A stretch of 64,000 nt of DNA from Narcine bancroftii (taxonomy: Eukaryota). Below are positions 1-12,865 of the stretch, piece by piece. How positions within the stretch are numbered: the first letter of the stretch is position 1; each line of letters opens with the position of its first letter. A model generated the notes under the pieces. It saw only the letters and a list, made by a program, of their open reading frames with translations. It had not been told where the DNA came from and made no database searches. The DNA lies in the NCBI RefSeq assembly GCF_036971445.1, contig NC_091482.1, positions 30,814,001-30,878,000 on the forward strand, written 5' to 3'. The translations under genes were made by a program, and so were the position numbers.

Positions 1-175
1 CTGAAACCGTGCACATAACGAGTCAATGAGGTACGATTGAAACAGTGGTTTTCATACTTTTTTCTTTCCACTCACAAACCTCCTTAAGTCATCCCTTACT
101 GATTACAGAGCACCTATGGCATCGGGATGACTTAAGGTGGTACGTGAGTGGAAAGAAAACATTTGAAAACCACTG
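1..175. mobile_element. hAT/Charlie-like MITE, right part (left part outside window)
   Basis: Palindromic unit CAGTGGTTTTCA...TGAAAACCACTG at ~44-175; positions 1-175 align by eye with 8522-8696. Confidence 0.65.
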
Positions 176-1288
176 GCCTATATCTTTCACAAATAGATTC
201 TAAGGAGCAGCATTGAACTCCACGGATAATTAACCATCAGTAGTTAATCCAATGTGAATGATGTCACCCAGATTTATAGGTTTACGTAATGCATTTAATA
301 ATTTAATGTCATCATATTTGAAATACCATCACATGACAATTATATTCACCAGTATTTCAGTGAGAAAACCCAATGGTTATGTGTACATCAAAGCGCTAAA
401 ATACAGATTATAGTACACCTTGCCAGTCTAAGAGCATCAGTTTCTCCTTCAAGACATATTGCTTCAAGAGAAAGTAATATCTTATCTCATGTTAATAACA
501 TCAGGGTGACGGCAGTATTCTTGCATCAATGTCAAACATCAACTAAGATTAAATCATATTAAATTATTCTGAAAATCCATGAAATTGAAATGTGGAGCAG
601 CTTCATGTAGCTTGAATTTGCTATGAGTCATTGCCATCACACAATTACCAAATGGATTTCGATCAAGCTCCTTTCCAGCAACGTTAATGGAAACATTAAC
701 CTTAACAGCAACATCGCTCACGTTGACTTCATTGTGTATCAATTTTCTCACTTTTACTTTCTTAACAGACATTACTCACCTAAAATAACATCCCAGAGTT
801 ATTTTGATTTACATTTAAGGTAATCTATTGATGAGCTGAGAAAATGAGGGAGACAGGGATAAAGAGCAGTAATTGGCCTTTATGGGTCCTTCACTGTGGA
901 AAATACAAAGGAAAGGAAGAGCGAGTGTGATCTTATCTGCTCTGCTCCCCATGCTCGGTTCATTGATGGCATTTATTGTCCCAGTTCACGGATGAAGAAA
1001 TCCCAGTTGGAATTTGATAAGACTGATTTCCACTGACACAACTGAAATCCAGCTCGAGTCAGTATACATCAGGAAGAAAGGGACACCTGCCTCCTTTTTG
1101 CTTATACTTTGACAAAGGCTTTGGACCCGAAAAGCTGGTAATATAGAATATCTTTACTTCCTAGGGATGCTGTGAGGCCTGCTGAGTTTCTCCAGTACTG
1201 TTATGTATTAATTAGAACTACTGTCACCTAACAGTGACCTGAGCAGAGACAAATGTTCTCTCCACAGCAGAGGCATTTCTGTCTTTCA

Positions 1289-2087
1289 GATTGCAAACCA
1301 CATCAACTCAAGTTATTGTCATCTGACTGTACAAGTACAACCCGACGAAATGACGCTCTCTGGTCCTTGGTGAAAACATGCAGTCACATCACCAGACAAC
1401 ACACATACAGACAAATAATATATATGCAGGATATATTTTATCTATATAAATAAATATTGTTTGTCTGAAATGAGAGTTTCAGATGGTTGGTGTGAGCAGT
1501 TCAGCATTATCACTGCCTGTGGGAAGAAGCTGTTCCTCAGCCTAGTGGTGCTGGCACTGATACTCCTATATCTCTAACCCAATGGGAGCAGTTGAAAGAC
1601 GCTGTGTGCAGGGTGGAAGGATGTCCTCAATGAATTTGCATGCCCTCTTTAGACAATGATCCTGGTAGATCACATCAATGAGGGGATGGGTGGGGGGAGG
1701 GAGACTCCAGTGATCCTCTCTGCCACTGATCCTCTGGATTGACCTCTGCAGCAACTGTACCACTGTGATGTACCGGACAGGACACTCTCGATATAACTCC
1801 TATAGAAGGTTTACATAATTGTGGCAGGTGGCCTTGCCTGCTTCAGTTGCACCTTCCTGACAAATGAGGAGTTGTGACTGTCCACGAAAGGTCACTCATT
1901 CAGTAAACTCCAAGGAAATTAGTTCCTTCCACTCTACTACAGGGTGGTCGTTCCTGGTCCTCCTGAAGTCCACAATAATCTCCTTCGTCTTGTTCACATT
2001 AAGACTCGGGCAGTTACTCTTGCACCATTTCATGAGATTTTCCATCTCTTCTCTGCAGTGCGACTCATCGTTGTTGTGCAAACATGA
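1289..2087 (-). mobile_element. Rex1/Babar-like LINE, 3' portion (degenerate RT C-terminus)
   Basis: Minus-strand remnants NNDESHCREEMENLMKWC..LNVNKTKEIIVDFRR and LLQRSIQRISG; same 3' region recurs at 4409, 6918, 20570 and 29930. Boundaries approximate. Confidence 0.7.
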
Positions 2088-3174
2088 TGTCCTGGGTAAA
2101 CTTGTACCTCTCATTTTGTTTGTTTTAGATTGGTCACAGTGTTTGAGCTACCGAAAGAAAATAGACACACCGAGAGCAGTTCAGTTTATACAAATGTTTA
2201 TTACAAATTCAAAAGCCCTTCCCAACTATACTTATCAACGCCGGGACTGGTCCCATCTGCCGAAGCGAGGCAACGACTGCACACTTGTAGTGTAAGGGAT
2301 AATGGAATATGGAGAGTCAAGCAAGTGCTAATTAGGAATGAATTATGATGGGTTAAATAAGGGTGAAGTAAGAATGGAATGTGAGGAAGGGTTAAGCAAG
2401 TATAATAGAATGGGAGTCTTCAAAAACAGGATAGCAAGTAGATAGATTTAGCAAGTCCTGGGGGTTGATTAATAAACTGATAAGAAGTTAGAAGACATGT
2501 AGGCAGAATTACCTAATGCTAACCAATCCAGGAGGCAGAAGAATGTTAAGGGGAAGGTACCTCTGTACTGAAATGGAATGTATAAAAAGTTGGGTAAGCT
2601 CCAGTATCTGTGTGTATTCCCAGGGTAAGGGGAAGCACCCAACTTTGCATTGTTGTAAAATAAATGTTCTTTGTTCTCAATTTTTGTCTCGAGTGAAATC
2701 TGTGAAGGCACCTCTGCTTCTCACAGTAGGTTGTCGGGGCGCCGGTAGCAGCTTCTCCACCTCCCTCGACTGGGACGTTAGCTGGACTCTCGAAGTTCTT
2801 CTTCTTGCTGAGAGATTTTGCCACCTCTCAGAGAGTCTCGAACTTCAGCAGTGGGACCATGCCTTATATTACCCAAAAGTTGTTTACTTCATAGCTTATC
2901 TCTTCAAATAAATGATTTAATTATCTTCAAGGTCTCCTGACAGTCTGCGACCAACAAAAGAAAACTGCATAGTGGAATTTAGATGTGTCATATGCATCCT
3001 TGAGCCTCACAGTGTAAATTAGATTAATTTATCTTCCTATTCAACTGCAGCATCCTGTGCCCCATGGTGGAATTTTGATTATGTCTGTTGATTCTAAAAA
3101 ACAAGCAGGTTCTCAGCCTTGCAGAAGCAAAGGCTGCAAAAGTAAAAAAACAAGTTTAAATCTTCCATTACACA
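2088..3174. mobile_element. LTR-like insertion splitting the Rex1-like LINE (itself interrupted by a solo LTR)
   Basis: Begins TG (2088) and ends CA (3174); the LINE RT frame stops at ...NRVI on one side and resumes at I-x-FA..NNDES on the other; target duplication is imperfect (GATG-like). Confidence 0.45.
2291..2725 (+). mobile_element. Solo LTR (435 bp)
   Basis: TGTAAG...CTCACA termini; exact 4-bp TSD GTAG (2287-2290 / 2726-2729); CCAAT ~2523, TATAAAA at 2581 and AATAAA ~2659 in U3-R-U5 order. Confidence 0.85.
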
Positions 3175-4130
3175 CGATGACCCTGTTGGAGTTGGAGCTG
3201 GATCTGGTGACGCAGTCATGAATCATCATCATGAACAGGAATGGGCTGAGCACAGAGCCCTGAGGTGCACCGGTGCTCGATATTATGCTCTGACCTGGAC
3301 AGACTGTGGTCGTTCTATTAGGAATTGCAGGATCCATTTATAGAGCAGGGTGTTGTCCCAGCGAGGACAGCTTCTCCACCAGCCTCTGGGGAAACAATCA
3401 GTGAGCAGAAGTCAATGAACAGCAGTCTGGAGTATGAGGCATCATTCTCCAGGTGGGCTAGGACGGAGTGAAGCGACAAGGCTATAGCATCATATGTGGA
3501 ACGGGTTTCTTCTATAGGCGAATTGAAATGGATCCAGCATCTCTGGGAGGTGTGCCTTGATGTCTTCCATCACCTGATGCTCAAAGCATTTAAAAATGGT
3601 GGAGGTCAGTGGCACAGGGCGGTAGTCATTGAGGCCTGTTATTGTCGCCCACTTGGATCCCAGGATGACGGTAGCTATTTTGAATCCTGCAGTAATGATG
3701 GACTGCTGCAGTGAGCTTTTGAAGATATCTGTGAAGACCTCCATCAATTGGTCTGCATGGTCTCTCAGTACCCAACCTGGTATGTTGCCACCTTGTGTAG
3801 GTTCACCTTGAGAAAGTTTCTCCTCACCTCAGCGCGGCTATGCAGGGAGCCCAATTCATCAGGGGCTTTCTTTGGCGTCATCCTGTCCTTCTAACCAAAC
3901 CGTGCATAGAAGGTGTTCAGTCTGTCCGGAAGGGACGCATCATTGTCCTTAATTTGCAGAGTTGACTTGTGATCTGTTATAGTCTTGATCCTTTGCCACA
4001 TGCGCCTTGTGCTGCTGGTGTCGCACAGCTGTCTGTGGATCTTCTGTGTGTACCCTCGCTTTGCCTTCTGGATTACACAGGAGAGTTCAGCCCTGGCTGA
4101 TCTTAGTACCATCCTGTAGCCTGTCCTGAC
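3175..4130 (-). mobile_element. Rex1/Babar-like LINE, RT core remnant (continuation of 1289-2087)
   Basis: LNDYRPVPLTSTIFKCFE..LDPFQFAYRRN and STGAPQGSVLSPFLF are non-LTR RT motifs; frameshifted. Confidence 0.8.
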
Positions 4131-4408
4131 ATAACATGTGTCTTAACAGACAAGAGTGCATATTTTGCTCTTTTGTTAGCTATGCCAGTGATCAGTTAGT
4201 CAACTCAAAGATAATTGCAAAACTTTTGATGCTCATTGGGATATTTTTCACGTGGCACATCCAATTTTCATATAAATTCCTATCTAAGTGTTCTTGAAAT
4301 GTTGAAAAGAACTTGAAACTATTTTTTCTTCAACAACAATCGAGATCAACCTCCGTGCAGCATATTCTCTGAAAATCAGCAAGTCTCATCTGAGTGGTCA
4401 GATTCAGC

Positions 4409-4851
4409 TTCAGATTTCAGATTTAATGTCAAAGTACATACATGACATCACATACAACACTGAGATTCCTTGTCCTGCAGGCGAGGCAGAATTGGTGGTG
4501 CAAAGGAAAAAATGCACAGTGTATGCAAGTAAACAAGTCACAACTAATGAAAGTAAACAAACTGATTGTGCAACACAGAGAAAATTTAAAAAAATAAAGT
4601 GCACAAGTAAGAGTCCTTAAATGAGTCTCTGTTTGAGTTTGTCGTTGAGAAGTCTGATGGTGGAGGAGGAGCAGCTGTTCCTGAACATGGTGGTGCGAGT
4701 CTTATGGCCCTTATACCTCTTTCCTGATGGTAGCAGTGAGAACAGAGCATGTTTTGGGTGGTGTGGATCTTTGATGATTGCTGCTGCTCTCCAATGGCAG
4801 CATTCCCTGTAGATGTCCTCAATAGTGGGGAGGGTTTTGCCTGTGATGTTT
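4409..4851 (-). mobile_element. Rex1-like LINE 3' end fragment
   Basis: TTCAGATTTCAGATTT tail and 3' UTR nearly collinear with 6918-7380. Confidence 0.65.
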
Positions 4852-5207
4852 TGTAGTGGCTGCTACTGATAGAGAGGTTACGCTCAAAGAAGAGACACAC
4901 ATGACGGGAGTAAATTCAACACTGACTTATTGTGCCACTGACTGGTGGCATTAAGATCCGCTTCCTGGGATTGATCGTTTAGTGCTACCTGAGAGCAGCC
5001 AACCAATGAGAACCTCTCATCCCCAGGTGTGGCTGTTTCCCTAGCTCCACCCAATTGGCTGCCACTGGGCAGCCCATCGGAGTGGGGTGCTGCAGCTGCA
5101 TGCTGTTGAGTCGAGCACTGACTTCGAAGCGCGAAGCCCGTCTCGACTGGCTGGCTCCCAGTTTTGGGTTGCTGCTTCACGCGTGGCGCATTCTGTGGCC
5201 TGCTACA
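4852..5207. mobile_element. Probable solo LTR (Gypsy-like, 356 bp)
   Basis: TGTAGTGG...CCTGCTACA imperfect terminal inverted repeat; flanks GTTT/TTTT (near-TSD). Confidence 0.5.
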
Positions 5208-6211
5208 TTTTCTTTATTTAAATGGTTAATGGGTTCTTTTTTTGTTATTTTGTGTTGTGGGGGGAAGGAGGGGCAATAAAACCAGACCTATGTCTTCAAG
5301 TCACCGACACCCATGTAAGTTTGTATCCATTCATAAAATGCATGAGGCTGCATTTGCAATGATTTATCGCTTGGAGTTCATCTTTCGCCTCTGAATTTAG
5401 CTTCTGCTGGCATTTGGGGCCCAACTTGCCCCTCTCGTTCTCTCTTTTAAACTACTAGATGTTTTAATATTTATTTGTATTTTTTTAAAATTTAGGGCCA
5501 GGGTGAACCTCATTATAACATTTGATACAAGCCCCACACTTGTTTAATCTGGCCCATAGCATTTTGGGACAGATCCCATAAGGATTTATCTACTTTAATA
5601 TGCACTAATATCAATGCAACTTCCTCTTTCCTGACTCAGACACATTCCAGAATATTGGTGCACCCCTCCCTGAACTCTCTACCTTTCACATCCTTCTCCT
5701 TGGTGAAAACTGATGAGAAGTATTCATTCATGATCCTTCTTTTATCTTTTGGCTCCACACATAAATTTCCTTTCTGGCTCCTGAAGGGAGCCTGCTCCTA
5801 ATCTGAAGGTCCAGAAACTAAATCCAGGAAATCCACTAATTCACATAACATGAAGAACATAAAATGTTCTCCATCATTTGTTTAATGAATCTTTTAAATT
5901 ACTTAATGCCCTCTGAAAATAATGAACAGAGGAATCAAACCAGCAAATGTTTGTCCATAAACGGCATAAATAATTTCAAGATGCTGTAAAATTGCATGGC
6001 TCTGTAACCTTGCCATCTAGTGGACATTGGTATATATTTACTATTCTGCAAATTTAATCTGTTGAGGAGAGCAGGATCTATTTCTTTCAGTATGCACATC
6101 AGAGACTCAATTATAACTGACATTACCAGGGTTTTAGATAAATCTGATTTATCTAAATTGACTTTATTGCCCATTTGTTAGACAAAGTCTATAGATGTTG
6201 TTGTTGAGGAT

Positions 6212-6414
6212 AATACACAAATGTGCTGGGGAAACTCAACAGGCCACACAGCATCCAAGGGAAGTCAAGGGTAATCAAAGTTTAGGGCCTGGGTTCTTCA
6301 TCAGGTAACCTGATCATCATACCTGACAAAGATCCATGCCCAAAACGTTGGTTACACTTTACTTCCTCTGGATGTTGCGTGGGCTGTTGAGTTTCTCCAG
6401 CAGGTTTGGGTATT
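6212..6414. repeat. Palindromic element related to Penelope termini
   Basis: Arms TGCTGGGGAAACTCAACAGG / CTGTTGAGTTTCTCCAGCA; related halves at ~1110-1200, ~9650-9760, ~10480-10570, ~44560-44995 and ~49775-49910, and at the end of the Penelope copy at 50685. Confidence 0.55.
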
Positions 6415-6917
6415 GTACTGCTTGGCTTGATGTGGCTTTCACACCAAGTTCACATTGGGGGGTGGGGGGGGGCAGTTTATTTAAATTAAGAAAGGCACAC
6501 TTCTGCTTCAGCATCGATCAAGTGGGAATGTTCCATGAGGGTTTCTTTTATTCGGATGTGCATCAGAAAGATGGCTGTCAAAATCTGAAATTAATGCACC
6601 ATTGCAAAGCAAGAGCTTCTGTCAGAAGATGCTTCGCCTGAGGGCCCACAAATCATGCAAGGCTAACCCAACCGCATGTTCCCACTATCCTGTTGAAGTC
6701 TGGTGCTTCCTTCCTCCCTGAAGACAAGAACGAGGTTTGCACCATCTATCAGCTCGACGTGAGCAGATTTAAAACCAGCACTCACTGATAGAATAAAGTC
6801 AGAGATTAATTATATCATGCCTCAAATTCCACTCAGTTTTGCTTCATCCAGTTTATTTTTTTCATGGATTCTAAGCCTACCTTATAACTATTCTTAAACT
6901 GCATTTTGGTATAAATA

Positions 6918-8120
6918 TCAGATTTCAGATTTATTGTCAGAGTACATACATGACATCACATACAACCCTAGATTCTTGTTTCTGTGAATGAGGCAGAATT
7001 ACAAATTATTGGTTGTAAAAAAAAATTGTACACAAATGTATACATGTAAAAAAATAAAGGACTGAAAACAGAAAACAAATGTAAACAAACTGACTGTGCA
7101 ATACAGAGAGAATTTTTTAAAAATCAATACAAGTGCACAAGTAAGAGTCCTTAAATGAGTCCCTGATTGTTGTTGAGGAGTCTGATGGTGGAGGGGGAGC
7201 AGCTATTCCTGAACCTGGTGGTGCAAGTCTTGTGGTTACCTGTCCTTTCCAGATGGTCAGCAGTGAGAACGGAGCGTATGCTGGGTGGCGTGGATTCTTA
7301 ATGATTGCTGCTGCTCTCCAACAGCAGCGTTCCCTTCAGATACTCTCGATAGTGGAGAGGGTTTTGTCTGTGATGTCCTGGGCTATGTGCATTATCTTCA
7401 GGAGTATTGGTGTCCCCATACCAGACTGTGATGCAGCCAGACAGCACACTTTCCACCACAGATCTGAAGAAATTTGCCAGGGTTTATGGTGTCATACCAA
7501 ACCTCTGCAAACTCCTGAGGAAGTAGAGGTGCTGACGTGCTTTCTTCACGATGCCTTTAGTGTGTTGGGTCCAGGAAAGATAATCCGCGATAGTTACTCC
7601 CAAGGACATAAATTTACTCACCCTCTCCACCTCTGAATGATCCCCTTTGTTTTTTCCTTCCTAAAGTCAACAATCAGTTCCTTAGTTTTGGTGACACTGA
7701 GTGCAAGGTTGTTGTTGGTGCATAATTCAGCCAAGTTTTCAATCTCCCTCCTGAATGCTGATTTATCACCTTTATTTATTCAACTCACTTCTGGCAAATT
7801 TGCAGGTGTTGTAACTGTCGTACCAAACCACACAGTCATAGGTGTAAAGTGAGTAGAGCAAGAATGCAGCCCTGTGGAGCTCTGGTTGGAGATTATGGAG
7901 GAGATGCTCTTTCTGACTGTGGTCTGGAGGTGAGAATATCCATGATCCAATTACACAGTGGGGTGTTGAGTTCAGGTCTTGGACTTCGCTGACCAGTTTT
8001 GAGGGGATGATGGCGTTAGATGCCAAACTGTAATCGATAAAGAATATCCTGATGAATGGATCTTTGCTGTCCAAGTGTTCCAGGGCTTTGTGTAGAGGCA
8101 GTGAAATGGCATCTGCCATA
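6918..8120 (-). mobile_element. Rex1/Babar-like LINE fragment
   Basis: ADAISLPLHKALEHLDSKD..RIFFIDYSLASNAIIPSKL (RT motif) plus the family 3' tail. Confidence 0.75.
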
Positions 8121-8320
8121 GACATATGATAATTGTGGTAGAAGTCAATATTCATGTTAGAGTCAGTTTGGAGCTATCCTATATTGCTGAGTAGTAAAAA
8201 TTTGTAAAAAGTGCATGGCAACTTTCCACTCCATACCACATCGTGCGTTAATTTTTGGATAAGCTGTATAATTAGGACAATGTGTGTGCTTTCATCTTAA
8301 AGCTACACAAACCATGAAAT

Positions 8321-8696
8321 CAGTGGTTCTCAGCTCTATTCTTTCCAGTCACATGCCACTTTAAGTCATCCCTATGCCATCAGTTTTCTGTGATTAGTAA
8401 GGGATTGCTTAAGGTGGTATGTGAAAGGGAAGGGAAGATTGAGAATCACTGCTCTAGATCCAATTGTTACTGAAATATTTTGCTTGAGAAAAATTGTCAT
8501 TGCCCCATTTTCTTTGGAGTCATGAAACCATGCACATAACGAGTCAATTAGGTATGATTAAAACAGTGGTTTTCAATATTTTTCTTTCTACCCACATCCC
8601 ACCTTATGCAATTCCTTACTAATCACAGAGCACCGATGGCTTCGGGAATACTTAAAGTGGTATGTGAGTGGAAAGAAAACATTTGAAAACACACTG
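8321..8696. mobile_element. Composite hAT/Charlie-like MITE with ~131-bp inverted arms
   Basis: 8321-8451 is the reverse complement of 8564-8696; each arm starts CAGTGGTT and ends CACTG. Confidence 0.7.
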
Positions 8697-11540
8697 ACAC
8701 ATTGAAAAATATCTGTCACAAATAGATTCTAAGGAGCAGCCAATAACATTAGAAATTAAAATTAAAATAAGAAATTAAAATGTACTTCAAGGACATTTGG
8801 CATATCGGATCATCAGAAATACTTGAGTATCATCTCCAAACACATTAATATCGAACTCAACAAGATCATCTTCTACATTACAAGTTGAATGATCTGTTTC
8901 AAAGGTACAGGATGGGAGATGAGTTTTTTGGACGCATATTACATATCACAGTTTCAAGTCAGGTTTTTGAAGTGTTTGTTGCTTTGGAAACAAATCATGC
9001 GTTAAAATCTTCAAAGTATACTCACATAGTTGAGCTCAACAGAACAACAGCTTGATCATGTGAAGGTTTACTTTAATTGTTCAGAATTTGACTCCTGATT
9101 GTAAGATCATTCCTGATTTATGAAAAAACTTCATTTGATCCATATCTTTTGTGGGAAAGAGTTCCAGTTCTAGTCCCTTATTTTAGATTCTGTCATCACA
9201 GCAAAAGGCTTGGCAGAAATTCAGTTGAACACTTTCATCATTTTAAATACTTTATTTACAAGACTTCTTTGCTCTTCTAAACCTGAGATTACACCATGAG
9301 TTACCCTAAAATTATGTCAAACCTCCTATAATTCTGGAGAAACGGTTGTTCCATATCTTTCCAGGGGTGTTTTGCTAAAACTGCATGCAGTTTAGTCAAC
9401 TAGAATGCTGGTAAGATGGGATGAAGATTTTGTATAACAGAAGAATAAATCACTGCTTTTTCTATTCCAACCTTTTTGAGATATAAGCCAACTTTGTGTT
9501 AGCCTTTTCTGATACCTTTTATATATCCGAATAAATTTGTAGCCATTTATATAAATGAGTACATGTCTTTGTTTTGTTGAACACCTTCGCTCTGTCCGCT
9601 GCAATAGTGAGAAATCTTCCAGTGGCAACCCATTTGGTTTTTGCTCATATCTTGATGAAGGGCTCAGGGCTGCAATGACATCTTTGCGTCCCATGGACCT
9701 GCTGAGATTCTCCAGCACTTTTGTGCATTAACTATGATCACAACATCTGCAGACCACATGATTCTTTTCATTCTTCCACATCTACTTCAATGCACTTGGA
9801 CAATTGTCCTGAGCTTTATGAGGTTCAACATTCTTGCCATTATCTTTCTTTTAGTAATAATCGCCTCCTTTTTCTGTCCTCATCTATGAGTGAAAACATC
9901 TTCTCGATGTCAACCCAATTAAACTTAAATAATCTCACTTATCTTTGTCAAGCCACCCAAATCATCACTTTTCCAAAACAAGCTTGACAGAAATTTTGAA
10001 TACATCTCCGTATTCTGATAATCATAAACCACTAACCTTTCACTATCCGATTCGTACTGTCATTTTAATCCATTGATTAGATTTTCCCAAAGACTCATTG
10101 TTCCACATATAACCTATTTAATCTATTTGTATTGTTTGATGCCTTAGAAACACTCACTCCTTTATTTAGACAGACAGCACCTTGATTACTTGTATGTCAA
10201 ATGGGAAATCTAATTAACAATTTATCCATGAAACGTTTAGAGGCAGCAACTGTCAGTGAGAAACATCACGACTTCTGGTGTGAATGGGAATGTTTTATAG
10301 TATAAGTATCAGGCACTCACTTTTGAAGTTGGGTGTTTGAGGGGTTGAACCACTGAATGGTGGTAGATGGATGTTCTTTCTGGAGCTAAGTTTCAGGATA
10401 TCCATGTGTGATAAGCACGAGGTCTTGTCTGGATGGTAGACGCAAAGGAGAATGTAGACGCTGGAACATGGAGCAACAAACAATCTGCTGGAGGATCTCA
10501 GCAGGTTGAGCATCATCAGTGCAAGATAAAGAATGATCAACGTTTTTAGCCAGAAACTTTCACCAAGACAAGACAGCACAGGTGTTCACCAATGTCCTTT
10601 CAGACACCACTTTGAAACCTCTTGCCTTAAAATCATTAAAATCTCCGAGGAAGCATTGTGCAAGAAGAAAAATGCTTCGACTCTTTAAATTGACCTCTTA
10701 TTTTTAAATATTCACTTATTTATCAATTTTTTCTGGAGGAAGTGTCCTCACCGCATCCACCCCATCAAGAGTATTATGTTTCCATCAAGTACTGATGGAT
10801 ATCAAACTGCGGATATAAACCTAGCTGGTCCAACCTTTTGTCATCTGCAACCTGCCCTTTCCAAGTCTAAATCATAGAGTTATTTCCTTTGTATCAACAC
10901 TCTCCTCGAGGTTAAAATGGTGCAGAGTGCACCAAGTGCCTTGGGGAGTCAAGAATGTATTGTATATTACAGAGTAAAACTTTCAAGGGGCTGAGTGATT
11001 TTTCTGCTCACTGTTGATAAAAAACTGACTGACTGAAACTTCTGGAATTCAGATTTTTTTTTACTGTGGCATATAGTTTGCAACAAAATCTAAATGTTGC
11101 TATCAGCAATTGATATCTGGAGAAAGCAGTGAATCGACTGGAAAAAAAAAATCCAAGTAACGTATACCCATCGGCCCCTGATAGTAATAGTCCTAATTAC
11201 ATTCTTCAGTACTTTGGAATGATCTTCTGGTTACAAAGGTCAGAACCTTTGAAACCATGGAGCCTCTGCTGAAGCACAATGCACTCTTCTCCATTGGAGA
11301 TGCCACTGATCAGAGAAAATGATTCAGCAGTATTGCAACAACTATCACATTTTTAAAAAAACTGAAAATGCTGGTATCACTCAGAAGGTACTGTGGAAAG
11401 AGTATGAGCTAATGTTTCAGACCAAAGACCTTACTTGCTCTGTTGCCAGATTTAGCTTTCATGAGGAAAGTGTTGCAAGTCTCTAAAAATGCCCATCAGC
11501 TAATTCTCCTTCACAGACTACAAAGAAGCCACAATGCACA

Positions 11541-12496
11541 TGTTACATGTGGATTGTGGAGTAACACGTGGAGCCCCTGTTTAGAATCTTGTGGATTGCG
11601 GAGGGTCATGTGACCTCCCTGTTTGAAACTTATTTGGAAGTTTCAGCACCTGCCAATCAAGGTTGGACACCAGCCACCCATTAGTGCACACCTTACCATT
11701 GGCTCATTTAAATGATTCACTGTCATCACTGGGCATATACCTGGCTCAGAACAATATAAAACATTGATGCATACCATATTTCTTTCTCTCTGCCTCTTAG
11801 TCCAAGTCTCGGACATCACTCCACACCATGTCACTACTGTGGACATCACTGGAGGAGTCGCAGGTAAGGTGTCCACAACACTGAGCTGAGCTGTAGTACT
11901 GCAATAGATCAGTGCTTGCAGAGAGCCGCACCCCCATTGGTATAGAGTTGGGAATGTGTTTGAAAGTCCCTGTCTGTGAAGTGTGTACACGTGTGGGAGA
12001 GTATGGGAGGGTAAGCATCACGGATATCGGAGTCCCTTGAGCCAGATGTGTCTTCTTGCACCATTATAGTTTTGTCTTGTACCATGTAGAACAAGGGTTC
12101 CCAACCTGGGGTACCTGGTATATTTTCACTTTTCAGGGGGTAAATTGGTCTGAGAGAATAACCACTACTGTAATCTGCAGTCAGATTGCACAATGTCATG
12201 GGTTTTTTATCCTTAATTTTTAAGGGTACACGGGAACCTATAAAAATGCCCAAGGGGTACAGAGGAACAAAAAGGTTGGGAACCCCTGATGTAGAAGGTA
12301 GGCGGCCACTGGTATTGGAGTCCAACCTGGGTCTGATGTGAATGTCTAGTTATTTAGTAGCAGAGTAATTAAGTATCATTTGATGCTTTTCCATTTATCT
12401 CCTGTTTGTTCAATAAAGTTATCTTTGATTGTAATATTTGTGTCCAGACTCAACTCTCTGTGAACCCACCGAATTGGATACTTCCCAAACGCAACA
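11541..12496 (+). mobile_element. Solo LTR interrupted by a hAT MITE
   Basis: TGTTAC...GCAACA termini; flanks GCACA/GTACA (5-bp TSD, 1 mismatch); TATAAAA ~11756 and AATAAA ~12412. Confidence 0.65.
12092..12288. mobile_element. hAT non-autonomous element (MITE)
   Basis: TIRs CAAGGGTTCCCAACCT / AGGTTGGGAACCCCTG; exact 8-bp TSD ATGTAGAA (12084-12091 / 12289-12296). Confidence 0.9.
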
Positions 12497-12689
12497 GTAC
12501 ATTGTCCTGGAGACAACTGCAGTGGAGTGGAGACAGACCTACCACTTTGTAGAATACAGCCCTTGACACTGTTCATCCCCATCTAATTTATGGGCTGTTC
12601 CCGTGGATGCACAGAGACAGACATCCAGAAATGCTGGAAGATTATCAACTCAGTGAAAGTTGTCTTTTGGTCTGCCCGAAACAAAGCTG

Positions 12690-12865
12690 ATTCTGGCCAT
12701 TTAAACCCGTGGCGCCCAATTAACCTACAACCCCGTATGTTTTGGAGGGTGGGAGAAAGTGGAGCACCAGGGGAAAACCCATAATATAGGGAGAACATAC
12801 AAACTCCTTACAGATTGTGCCAGATTCGAACCCAAGTCGCTAACACTGTAAAAGCATACCACCCA
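12690..12865 (-). mobile_element. tRNA-derived SINE (V-SINE/HE1-like)
   Basis: Minus-strand B-box GGTTCGAATC (~12823-12832) followed by the GGTTTTCCCCTGGTGCTCCACTTTCTCCCAC core; plus-strand relatives at ~28750-28940 and ~36745-36915. Confidence 0.6.

Noticed and set aside
554-772. 72-aa minus-strand ORF MSVKKVKVRKLIHNEV...
   Set aside because: No recognisable domain or supporting exon structure; length is within chance expectation.
12815-12865. Possible tRNA gene (GGTTCGAATC B-box)
   Set aside because: No cloverleaf could be folded, and it continues into a SINE core present three times in the window.
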